Assembly (NCBI GenBank): GCA_012295275.1
Contig: CM022678.1
Span: forward strand, 9,610,001 to 9,674,000
Source: Chrysomallon squamiferum
Lineage: Eukaryota > Animalia > Mollusca
DNA length: 64,000 nt
Reading direction: 5' to 3'
In this document: piece by piece, positions 52,923 to 64,000 of the stretch
How the letters are laid out: each line of letters starts with the position of its first letter
Position numbering within the stretch: the stretch's first letter is position 1
Notes under the pieces: model-generated
Database searches by the model: none
What the model saw: only the letters and a program-made list of their open reading frames with translations
Told to the model about the DNA's origin: nothing
Position numbers and translations under genes: made by a program

Positions 52923-55084
52923 CTCTACAAGTAATTAATCAGTTTCCCACTTATAAACATCCATACAGGTACATGTGTAGCCTCCATCTTAGTAGTTTTA
53001 GTTCTGAGTATAAATATTGTTGAATTACATTCATTTATATCTGAAAAAATAAATCATATCTCAATAATTAACAACAATTAAACATACTCCTACATTTTGA
53101 CAAGTTTCTGAAATTATTCAAAAATCATTTACACAGACATTATTTATAAGAAATATATGGATTAACCAAAATTTAAAATTCATAGATTCTGAGAGGTTTT
53201 GAGCAGTTTATAAAATTAGTCAAGTTTGATATTATTAATAAAAATAAAAATTATTCATAGACCTTGACAAGTTTCTGAAATAGTATTAACTGCTTTGAAA
53301 TTTTTCTTAATTCCAGAAATGAGAAGTTTAACTTAGCTATTTGAATAGCACAAAAGCTACTAATGCATACCGAAACTACAAACTGATTGCTGATTATATA
53401 ATGAGCATGACATTATTAATAATAATAATAAAAATAACAGATAATGGTAGAAATGCTGGCCATTCAGATTCAAAGAGATAACACTTACACTGGAAATATG
53501 AATAAACTAAGAATGCTTGAAGTGAACAATTTAACCTGAGAACCAGATAGAACTGACTCACCTGAGCATGTTTTGTTGTCTGAATTCAAGGTAAACATTT
53601 CTACACAAACACTGCTCCACTGTGTCATGCACCCTGCAGCCCTGTTCACACGAACTGTTCACTGCAGCACTGTCACAACTGAACATAAAATATTTTTATA
53701 ACTTTATTACATTTTGTCACAACAAAATAATTTACAATTTTATCACATTCTGGTACAAATGAAAATAAACTAATTTATAATTTTATCAAATTTTGTCACA
53801 ATTAAAATAACAAGAACAGATGTAGCTTTTCTCATTGGTAGTTCAAGAATAATACCAAGCATTCATTCAACTATAAAACAAAATATATTTTACATGAATG
53901 AACGAGTGAATAAATATCTGTTTAATAATAGTTTAATTATTAGTTGGCTAACATTATTTTTATTTTTATTTTTGTTATTTATTTATTTTTTTTTTTTTTT
54001 TTATAATGTTCTTAAAAATTAATGTGACTCAAACTGCAAAAATAAAGTTAGCTGGTACCAAACAGTGTTTGTTTTTGTTTATTTTTTGTTGTTTTTAACA
54101 ATTTTAATTTCTTAGTCACTGAAATTTTGAATAAACAAAAATTATTGACAAGTATAAAATGATATTTTTTGATTATTATATTTATTTATTATATTTTATT
54201 GCAGAAAAAGTAAATTTTGTGACTGAGATATTAATTAACTCATTTCTATGTGATTCTTTCAGTTTAAAACATCCATTCTGTTTTCTTTGGTAATTAAAAT
54301 CACAAAAATATGTACAAAATTCATCAATCATTTAACTATTTCTTAAATAATAAGAAATCATTTCTAACATGTAACTGTTTATTAAATAAAAAATCATTTA
54401 TAACATGTAACTATTTATTAAATAATAAGAAATCATTTGTAACATTATAGCTCTTTATTAAATATAACATTATAATTTCAACTTGTTACCAAATTTTTAA
54501 TATTGAGTAATTAACTATTTATTTAGTATACCCTACTCACCTACACATTCGTCTGACAAGTTGTGATATCCTGTCTTACACTCAAATGACAGGAGACTGG
54601 CAGGTTTTTGCAGTTGCTGTTTGCTTGACATGAAACTGTTGAAACACTACATTCATCTCTGTTGTTTTCACATCACACACCACCCAGCCAGCTCTACACT
54701 GACAATGGTCTGAGAGGGAAAAATAAAATTTAATTTCAAAATAAATAAATAAAAATAAAAATCAAATTTTTGTTAGTATTTATTATAAAACAAAATTCAT
54801 AAAATTATATTAAAAGTATAATCTAAATATCATGAAAATTTCTAATTTTACACAATAGGGTTGCTTCAGATTTCAAAATATAATTATGTTTTTAAAATAT
54901 TTAAAAATTTATTTTTACATTATTGTGTTTTGTAATGAGAAATTCTGCTTACTAACACATGTTGTCTGGTCATTTTCAAGTTTCTTCCCAGCCAGACAGG
55001 AACAATTGAATCCACTGATTCTGTTAGTACAAGTATCAGTATACTGAGTAATACTGACATCAGTTGATGTACACTCATTTGTAT
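52923..55084 (-). pseudogene. Tandem (calcium-binding) EGF-repeat gene fragment, fibrillin/mucin-like
   Basis: Exons: 54953-55084 (DTNECTSTD..CTNRISGFNCSCLAGKKLENDQTTC); 54541-54709 (CQCRAGW..CENNRDECSVSTVSCQANSNCKNLP..CKTGY); 53562-53678 (CEQGCRV..QCLC..FTLNSDNKTCS); 52923-53040 (DINECN..DGGYTCTC). Stops, frameshifts and lost cysteines. Confidence 0.88.
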
Positions 55085-55090
55085 CTACAC

Positions 55091-55144
<54 letters not shown>

Positions 55145-56199
55145 GTAAAAAGCTTATTTGAATATTTGTGAAACCAAGAATTTTTTCATCTGAGACAAGA
55201 CAGGCAGCCCTAGCACTTTTTGCTTTGATAGGTACACTACAGTTCAAAGAAAAAAACTACTAACCTTTCTCATACTTTTTTCAAGTAGTAACCATAGTGA
55301 CATAAACTGCCTTCAGCTTTATGAGAAATCTGTTCCCAAGTCAAACCCTGACTTCTACATTCTCAGTCTGAAACAAAAGAAATGTATTATTTTAAAAATG
55401 TTTTTGACTTGTTTCGTTTTTCTTTATTTTTTTAATCAGTTTTTTGTTTACCTCTATTTAATATTAATATAAACATCATTTAAAACAGTATCAGTTCAAA
55501 AATGTAAATGACTTTTCTTCATCATTTAAAAAATTAAATAAACAAACAATAATCATAGAATTAATTAAAGATAGATTATAAATCACTGTCTTTTCACTGT
55601 TAACTCATTTTCACTTAAACATACCAAATTAATAGTAACAAAATTAACATAATATTAATATTAAAATATTCTCAGGTGGCATTAAGTAATTTATAAAATC
55701 TTGTAGTAAACTTGTGGGTGTGGTTTCGGGGTGTGGAGGGTTGCTTATTTTTTAAGAATAGTTATGACTGCTTTTTATCCTGTTTTTATTTTTTTAATTT
55801 TTTTTTTATGTTGCTTTTTTATTTTTTTATTTAGCGTTATTTTATTTTATTAATGTATTTTTTATTTATTTTTTTATTTATAACATTTCTTTTTTGTTTT
55901 TTTTAAATTATTATTGCAATTATTTATTTATTAATATTAATAACATTTATAATTATTATGGTTATTTTTTCTTAATTTCATTTTTAGCTCAGAAATGAAT
56001 ACATTATAATTGTCCTAATTTGTAAAATCTGAGGTAATTGTAGATATACTTGAGATAATCTGACAGAGAATTAATTATATGCGACAATCGACAGGAAGTC
56101 ACATGTTGGTCTGAAACCAGAATAAATTTCTACAAATTTTAAAATAATTTTTGTGAGAATAAACAAATTAATTACTTTTTAAATACTAAATAAAATTAG

Positions 56200-56480
56200 G
56201 TTAAGGCCAGAGCAGTCTCGATAAACCACGATGTTTCGAACATAAACGGATTCGAATGTATGCTACGCTTTTCAAACCAGTATGAACTGATGTATGACAG
56301 CCAGTTTATTTTTATTTTTAATTTGGTAACGTGTTACTTGTTGATTATTCAATTTAATAGAATTTTGGAAATATTTCACGAGAATCCAAATGGATTCGGA
56401 TGTTTTATGTTTGTGTGATTCCAAGCGTGAATCGCATGCGGATTATGCGCAGATTTTCAGCCATGGAACGAGGTAAACAT
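56200..56480. promoter_or_regulatory. CpG-enriched candidate bidirectional promoter
   Basis: CpG cluster with GTCTCGAT near 56215, TTCGAA 56235 and 56251, AACGG 56245. A plus-strand donor gag|gtaaac lies near 56472; minus-strand AG/GT exons lie at about 56049-56109 and 55265-55367. Confidence 0.4.
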
Positions 56481-56560
56481 GATCATGATGTAATGTGTAT
56501 CACTGTATCAGTGTATGTGTGAAAGAAGCAGAAAGAGAGGTGTTCACCGTATAAACTATA

Positions 56561-56631
<71 letters not shown>

Positions 56632-56807
56632 TGTTAGTGTGTGTGTTGGCAATTTCATATGTAAATCAATTTATTATAACATTCAGAAACGATAATAAGG
56701 CAGAGAAAAATGCATTTATCAGACAAATGTAGATTGATAACAAAAAATATCATGTACTTTCAAAAATTAAACATTATATTTACTATTGACATTGCTATTT
56801 TTCGTAG

Positions 56808-58491
56808 GTGACTGTATTATTATTCAGATCTGTCAAGAAAGGGAATTTACATCATGGAGAAGGATGAATCACCAGTTACAGAAACCATTCTTATGCAAAC
56901 TGCACCGTTCTGAGTTGTGAGTATAATATATTTTATGTTTGTGTTTTAGAGAGTAAAATAAGATTTGTAGCAACTCTTTATTGATTATAAAATAGTGTAA
57001 TAAAAATAATTTATTTGCTATTGTTTTGTAATCAGTTTAATATTATAATAATTGTGTTACATTATTTATTAATAACAAAGTATATTGAAGATATCCCACA
57101 GCCCACTTTGTCTGAATAAAATAGTTAAATTTAAATTTTGATAATAACAGAAGTATTAGTTATTTATTTATAACTGCTTAGTTATTATTTTTATTATTAT
57201 TTTATTTCTTTTTTCTTTTAGAATGTACATATAGCTCTAATTGATGCGCTGATGTTGGCATATGCCAGTGAAGTTGTTTCAGAAGAATGTGCTGTCCCTG
57301 CCATCAGGTATGCTGTTGTTTTTGTTTATTTATTTATTTATATTATTTATCTTGTTAAATATTAAAATTTGATTTTTTTTTTTTTTTATTATTAAACTGA
57401 GTTAGTTTGACTCTGTCAAAGTTGATTTACTTTTCTTCCTTTTATATTTTGGTAAATTATATTTCAGTTAAAGCTGAGGTATAGTTAAAGTATTCATTTT
57501 TCTACTTTGATTATTAAATGATAGCTGAAAAGAAGGAAAAGGATTATGATGATTGCAGTTAAACATGCAAATGTATGAATGTATGAGAGAAAGAGAGAGG
57601 ATTAAGGAATGGAGAGACAGGGAGAGAGGGAGAAGGAGAATGATATTTGGGGTGCATGTTTTGTATAATTTATCATATAGCATAAAGAGACCTCATACTT
57701 TAAATTCAACATTTTGAACAAGCAATTTTAAAACTTTCAGATGAATTACAACTTTTAACGCATCCAGTGAACTTCCATCAGGCACTGAGGACACAATTAT
57801 AGTCTGCTTAAATAAAGTTTGTACTGCTGCATTGTTTTTAATTGGAGTTGTTTTTATTTAAATATTTCTCATTGTTCTAAACATAATTAAGTTTAATTTA
57901 ATTTAATGCAGGAGGCTGCAGTTTGTTAATAATATATCAGTAGGTAGACATGCACATACACACAAATTACATTAGTATCTTGTAAACACACAGTACACTT
58001 TTTACCATGTACATTTGTCAGGCACACTCACATTCCTATAATTACATTCATATAAATATGATTATTTTGTTGTAAATTTCTATATTATAAAACAAAAGAA
58101 GAAGACAAGAAGCATCATATTTTAAAATGTTTAACTTTCCTGTTACCAGATTGGAACTGCCAGCCCTTCAGACAGTGTGACTGTTCCTGTGATGACAGAC
58201 ATACTAAAAGACATGAGACATATGTACAGTAGCTGTTGTCTGTCGTCTCTGTTGTCTGAAGTGTCTCAGTTTTCATGGTTTGTTAAATAACACATTTTTT
58301 GTAAATAAAAAGTATGAATCACATGGTAACTTTAAATTTAGCATAAAGTAAATTTATGAATCTTAATATCTAGTTAAAAGAGGATGGGGTTTTGGGGCGC
58401 TTTTTGATTTTATATTTCATAATCAACAAAATTCATATTTTATTATTAGGTCTGGTTTTTTTTTTTTTTTTTGGTTTTGAATATAATTTGT

Positions 58492-58543
<52 letters not shown>

Positions 58544-58883
58544 GTCTCTCTCTCTGTCACATCACATCCTTTTCATCCTCCTTAACCTCTTTTACTGTGT
58601 TATTAAATATTAATTGCCTCATTGTTGTTTATATTTTTCTTCAGATATATGTTTGAAAGACAGGTTAGGAATAGCTAATTCTTTACATAATCTACGCCTC
58701 ACCAAAACATTCTGTGAACGGCATCTTCCATCAACTTTTTCCATTTCACCTACGAGGATCTCCTGTACACACGAGACAGTGTACGAGAAAACCTCTTAGC
58801 CTTTCTCACAGAGCTGTTCTTCTGGTTTGAAATGATAAAACTGACAGAGACAGGACAGCTGCTGAATGATCAGGAAGCAGAAA
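56808..58883 (+). pseudogene. CAMSAP: CAMSAP/Patronin N-terminal and CH-domain pseudogene fragment
   Basis: Exons: 56808-56916 (LSRKGIYIMEKDESPVTETILMQTAPF*); 57222-57307 (NVHIALIDALMLAYASEVVS..AIR); 57741-57816 (*ITTFNASSELPSGTEDTIIVCLNK); 58150-58277; 58645-58883 (DICLKDRLGIANSLHNLRL..F, frameshift, FHFTYEDLLY..NLLAFLTELFFWFE). These match recalled CAMSAP motifs DICLKE..S.ADSLYN..L and ELFWWFE. Confidence 0.9.
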
Positions 58884-58899
58884 GTAAGTTTTGTGAGAG

Positions 58900-60650
58900 T
58901 TTTTAATTACATTGCAAGTCCACAATTGAATTGTATCTTTTATTAAATGAATTTATGAAATTTATTATTGTACTGGAAACATTGGGATTTTGTCATATTC
59001 AGTTTTAGTGTTTATACTGGAGGGGTGTAGCAATACTGATATCAAAAGAATGTCTTTATAAGTTGACCTTTAATAGTTGCGACACTGAAGGCAGGATTTT
59101 AAAAATTAATACTAAAATAGATGGTGATGAACATAGTTTTATAAGTGGATATGCACCAAATAATATTGCAGAAAATATTTTATTTTTAAATGATTATGTA
59201 AATTTGTGGATTTTAAAAATATATTAATGACAGGAGATTTTAATGTAATTTTAGATCCTAATTTAGATTTAGGCATTAATAATAAAACTTTCAGTGTGAT
59301 AAGTAGTGATGAATTACAGTCAGTTATTTATAATTATAATTTAGTTGATATTTGGTTGAAATCCAGATAAAAAACAATTTACTAGATCTCAAAATGTTGA
59401 AAAAACTATAAAACAGTCAAGAATTGATTTATTTTTAATTTCTCAAAATTTATTACAGTTTATAAGTAATGCATATATATCCTATACTTCAATTAGTGAT
59501 TACAATTTTTTATCACTTAAAATAGATTTTTCTCGTGTAGAGAGAGGTGAAGGTATTTGAATTTTTAATAATGAATTGTTGAAAGATGAACTTTTTTGTA
59601 AAGCTCTTGTTGAAGTAATTAATAATGCTTCTGAGTGTCCTTTGTTACAAACTGAACCTGTTGTTTGATCAAATAACTTAAAATATAAAAGCATTTGCAC
59701 TAAATAAGAGACAATTAGACAACGAAAAATATTATAATATACAAAATGCTTTAAAATGAGAATATCCTAAACTAGTTGTAAATAAGCATCATGATTTGAG
59801 TAACATACAAAGAAGAAAAGTTAAAATTAATTTAGAGATTAAGTGTAATGGTGCTATTTTAAGATCTAAAGCTCAATGGAATTTAGATATGGATAGAAAT
59901 ATGTAATATTTTTCTTAGTTTAGAAAAATCAAAACAGGAATCAAATTCTATTAAAAAACTAAAAACAGTAAATGGATTAACTAGAAAAATGGAAGATATA
60001 TTAGAATATGCTTATGAATTTTATTCAAAATTATTTACACAAGAAAATATAGATACTATTAAACAGGAAGAAATAATATATTTAATATCAAATAAAAGAA
60101 TCTGAAAGTGAAAAGTGTGAGATTGACATTACAGTTAAAGAATTAACTGAAGCTTTAAAAGAAATGAATAGAAATAAATCACCTGATATGGATGGTCTAT
60201 CAGTTGAATTTTATGTTAAATACTGGAAAATTAAAAAAAAAAATTTTCATAAAGTAGTTATTTCAATTCAAAAAGAGGAAATGTTGTCGCATAGTATGAA
60301 AAAAGGGGTAACTAATCTTTTTACAAGAAAAAACTGGAGATAAAGCAAACCTTAAAAATTACAAACCTATCAGTCTTTTAAATGTAGATTATAAAATTAT
60401 TTCTAAAGTTCTTGTTAGTCGTGTTAAACAGGTTATGTCAACTATTATTTCATCAGAACAAAGCTGTTGTGTAAAAGGAAGAGATGTTGCTGATAATATT
60501 ATGTAGTGAGGGATGTTACAGATATTGCTGAGTTAAATAATACTGAAGGGTTTGTTGTTAAAATGGATCAAGAAAAATCTTTTGATAGAGTGTCACATAG
60601 TTTTATAATGAAAGTTGTGATAAAAATTCAATTTGGGTGATAAATTGGTT
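58900..60650 (+). mobile_element. Decayed L1/Tx1-type non-LTR retrotransposon fragment (endonuclease + N-terminal RT)
   Basis: Frame-broken motifs: GGVAILI, EGRILKI, GYAPN, GDFNVILD, SRIDLFLISQ, KSPDMDGLSVEFY, NYKPISLLNVDYKIISK, EQSCCVKGRDVADN, DQEKSFDRVSH. Confidence 0.88.
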
Positions 60651-60879
60651 ATGACAACTTGTGTAAATGATCTTAAAACTGTGTCTACTTAGCAGGGCAA
60701 GCTGAAATATACCAGTGAGGATCTGTCGATGTCCCGGTTCTCATTAATTGTGTTTTACCTGGGTAGCCTGCCATTTTCTCTCACTTTACTTAATATATAA
60801 TAAAAACAACGCCATTTTACGCAGTTAATTCCATATCAGTAATTTTATTATTTTTATTTAGAAACTCTCTTACTTACAG

Positions 60880-61920
60880 ACACTGCCTGTGTGATTATCA
60901 GCTTGAAAGAGTCTGACAGTTTATCTCATGTTGAGAATGTCGTCAGTAAAACTAACAGAAACCATAGAAACAGATTCCAGTCAGAATATTTTTGTCAGCA
61001 GTTCCTACAGTTCCTAGATGTTTTGAGAAGAAAGCATGCAACATCAGTAGTGGAAAAAAAGGTAAGTTCTTTTTGAGTAATATTATTTATTGTTGTTAGA
61101 GAATTACATTTTACAGGAAAGAAGAAACTTTAACACTTAAGATGAATTGAACTGGATAAATAAGACACATAAAAACATTCATAATGAAGATGTGATAATG
61201 AAGCTGTAGGGTATTTATTTATTTATTTATTTATTTATTTATTTTGTGTGATCCTTTGCAGTTTTTGCCAGGGATCAGCAATGGTCAGAGTTTTTGTAGT
61301 GATTTCCACCAGAATAGCTAAATGGGTTATATCACTGTGTACATTTCATTGTTGTGTGTGACATTTCTGACACTGTCCACACTTAGGTAGCTGCATCAAA
61401 AACCAGATTATTCTTGTTCTTTGGCTTGGAGGTCACGTCGAGATGTTTTGTCTTTGTCACACAGTGTTGCAGTGTGGACTTTGAAATACATTGTCACACA
61501 GTGTTGCAGTGTGGACTTTGAAATACTCACACTGTCCAGTGTGGACTTTGAAATACTCAGAGTGCATCAAAACCAGATTATTCAGTGTGGACTTTGAAAT
61601 ACTTGAGGTCACGTTGTGTGGACTTTGAAATACTCAGAGTCTTTGTCACACAGTGTTGCAGTGTGGACTTTGAAATACTCAGAGTCTTTTGCTGAATCTC
61701 TGGACTTTGAAATAAAACATCTTCATCTCACATTTGTCCAGTGTGTCTGTGTAAAACTATATGAAAACAGATTTTTATTCAGCAGCTCCTTTGTCTTGAA
61801 CTTGTACATTTAGTGCTGTTTATACTTCTGTACTGATTGATTAGTTTCTGCCATGTTTATAGATCAGAAAGTACATGAACTGGATCTTTATTTCCAGTTT
61901 TGTATTTCAATTTATTGCTG

Positions 61921-61962
<42 letters not shown>

Positions 61963-63436
61963 TAAATGCATTTTGCATGTGCTTATGTGTATGTGATAAT
62001 TAACACTGACTTCAAACTAAAACTGAAGAGTAAATTCTAGATATATTAATTACTTCATAATTTTAGTTAACATCACAAAATTGCAAATGAAAAAAAAAAA
62101 ACTCTGGAAATCTTTGTAATTGTATAAATACTTTAATCCTAGGATTAAATTAATTTCCTGTTTGAGAATCCATTTTCCCACTGGAATCTAGGACAGCATT
62201 TTCCAAATTAAACACTGTTTTAAAAATATTTTCATGTTATTATTGAATTTTTTTTTTTAATTATTATTCTTAATATGTTAATTCTGTTTTTCAGCTGCAG
62301 TAACACAAAAGTCAGGCAGCTGAAATTCTTGATTCTCTGGACTGCCTCTGAAATCCTGGTGATCTTCTCAAAGAGGTTATTAAAAATGGAAATGTGAGTG
62401 GTTTAGGAAAATGTTGTCTTGGTGTTTCTAATTCTGCAGTACAGGTAGCTGTGATCCTTTCTCATTACCTCTCAGTAGTTATGTTGTTGTTGGTATTTGT
62501 TGTTGTTGTTGTTGTTGTTTTTTTTATTCACTTTTTTTTTTTTTTTTTTGGATGACGTGAAACTAAAGTCGAAATTGAGACTTGTTTCTGACTCACTTGT
62601 GGCTTTGCATCTGCTAAAAAAACATTTTTTTTTTTTTAATCTGCATTTACTATTGAACAAGAACAGATAATATTGAATTCACTGATAAGAAATGTTCACT
62701 TACTAATAATGTTTATGACATCAAGGCAGACATCAAATGAAATAATGATACAGAACTCTCTGGTATGGAACTAGGCAAGTCTTAGATTGTAATGTTTATA
62801 TCAGTTTTCATTTTCTTAAACAATAACTGAATAAGAATTTAAAAATATATATATATTGTTTTGTTATTTATTTATTTATTATTATTAACACTGAACAGTC
62901 TATGCATTTTTCATTATCAGTAATAGAAAATATATAAATATTGATTTTGTTTCATAAAAAAACAATGAAAACTTATTTTTAAAAAACATGTAGTGCTATA
63001 AGAAGCATGAAGAAGATGTATTTTCCACAGAAACACATGAAAAATATCAAATAAACCCACTTTTAATAATCAACAGTGAAACAGTAAATTAAGTAAAATA
63101 TTCATTTTTCACAGTGACATACACTGAATTTTTTACTTTTTATTATTATTATTTGTTTTTTATATTGATCTTGCTTCTTTTTCAAAGTTTTTGGAAGCAG
63201 CACATTAAATTTCAGTTTTCACTTTATAAAGAGTTCAGTGCATAATGAGATGTGAACATTCATGTTTTTTTTTGTTTTTCTGTTAAAAAGGAAGAAGTGA
63301 GAAGACCTGAAATTAAGGAGATGTTTTATTATCTACACACAGTCTGATGGTGAAAAGAAGAGGTGTAAAGGTTACACCAACTTTTATTGTAAACAAAAAG
63401 CCCAGTAGACATGAAGAAATATGGATGGGTTTCCAG
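60880..63436 (+). pseudogene. Further splice-bounded exons of unidentified origin downstream of the CAMSAP fragment
   Basis: AG/GT-bounded segments at about 60880-61061, 62295-62393 (..EILDSLDCL*NPGDLLKEVIKNGN) and 63291-63436 (paralogue of 13256-13402 with a 1-nt deletion). Confidence 0.5.
61365..61715. repeat. Scrambled local repeat (patchwork of short templated copies)
   Basis: tggactttgaaata occurs 7 times, interleaved with reshuffled copies of ttgtcacacagtgttgca, gcatcaaaaccagattattc, gaggtcacgt and acactgtcca. Confidence 0.9.
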
Positions 63437-64000
63437 GTAAGTGTCCTTTTTAAATAAATGTATTAGGGTGAAGGTATAAATGAATACCAGATAATTAAAT
63501 GTGAGAGGTAGTTTAAAAAGAAGCTCATTGTATATTGAAAATTTAAGGGTTTTTCACTTTAATAATAAATCAAAAAAGTATCCAGTAACAGATGCACAGA
63601 TGGATAGAAAGACAGATGATGGATTGATACACAGATTATACAGACTGCATGAAAAACAGAGTCAGAAGGTTGATCAGTAGTCATAGTTAGGCAGGTGGTA
63701 AGAATATGGAATAATAAAATACACACAGACAGACAGACAGACAGATAGAAGACAGACCCTAGATAAAGAGATAGAGAGGAAGATACACAGACAGACAGAC
63801 AGAAGACAGATCCTAGATAAACTGATAGAGAGGAAGATATACAGACAGAAATAAAAGGTACAGTGATAATAACAACTAATTTGGACAGTAAGAGAGAAAC
63901 TAAATACAGTTTTATAGACAGAGTGTGTTTGTAGATGGACAGACAGAAATACAGTTGTAATTAGGTATGTAGACACAGACAGAGTGTGTTTGTAGATGGA

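Larger units (their letters stand above)
48197..54731 (+). repeat. Tandem segmental duplication, copy 2
   Basis: The junction at 48197-48199 has 3-bp TTT microhomology. This copy continues into unique upstream EGF exons beyond 54731. Confidence 0.95.

Overview
Very AT-rich, microsatellite-dense animal (invertebrate, plausibly molluscan) genomic DNA with one 200-N gap (31204-31403). I found no intact protein-coding gene, and most supplied ORFs are microsatellite noise. The window is a mosaic of intron-containing, ORF-disrupted fragments of unrelated genes: IRAG/LRMP-family (-, 7.1-12.5 kb), EGFR intracellular half (+, 17.9-23.5 kb), tandem-EGF mucin/fibrillin-like (-, 46.4-55.1 kb, partly duplicated), CAMSAP/Patronin N-terminus (+, 56.8-58.9 kb) and possible PAN/apple remnants (-, 34-40 kb). 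It also holds an internally deleted Gypsy LTR element, an L1/Tx1-type LINE fragment, a hAT-type MITE with an 8-bp TSD, several minisatellites, a composite macrosatellite and a 6.5-kb tandem duplication. Two features stand out. First, the pseudogene fragments form two head-to-head pairs around small CpG-rich islands (about 14.1 kb and 56.3 kb) and keep canonical GT-AG splice sites despite broken ORFs, suggesting bidirectionally transcribed, spliced chimeric non-coding (possibly piRNA/siRNA-precursor) units. Second, a five-copy, roughly 190-250-nt element carries CTAACCCTAACCC (telomerase-template-like) and can fold into a multi-stem structure. All homology calls come from manual translation and recalled family motifs, not from database searches.
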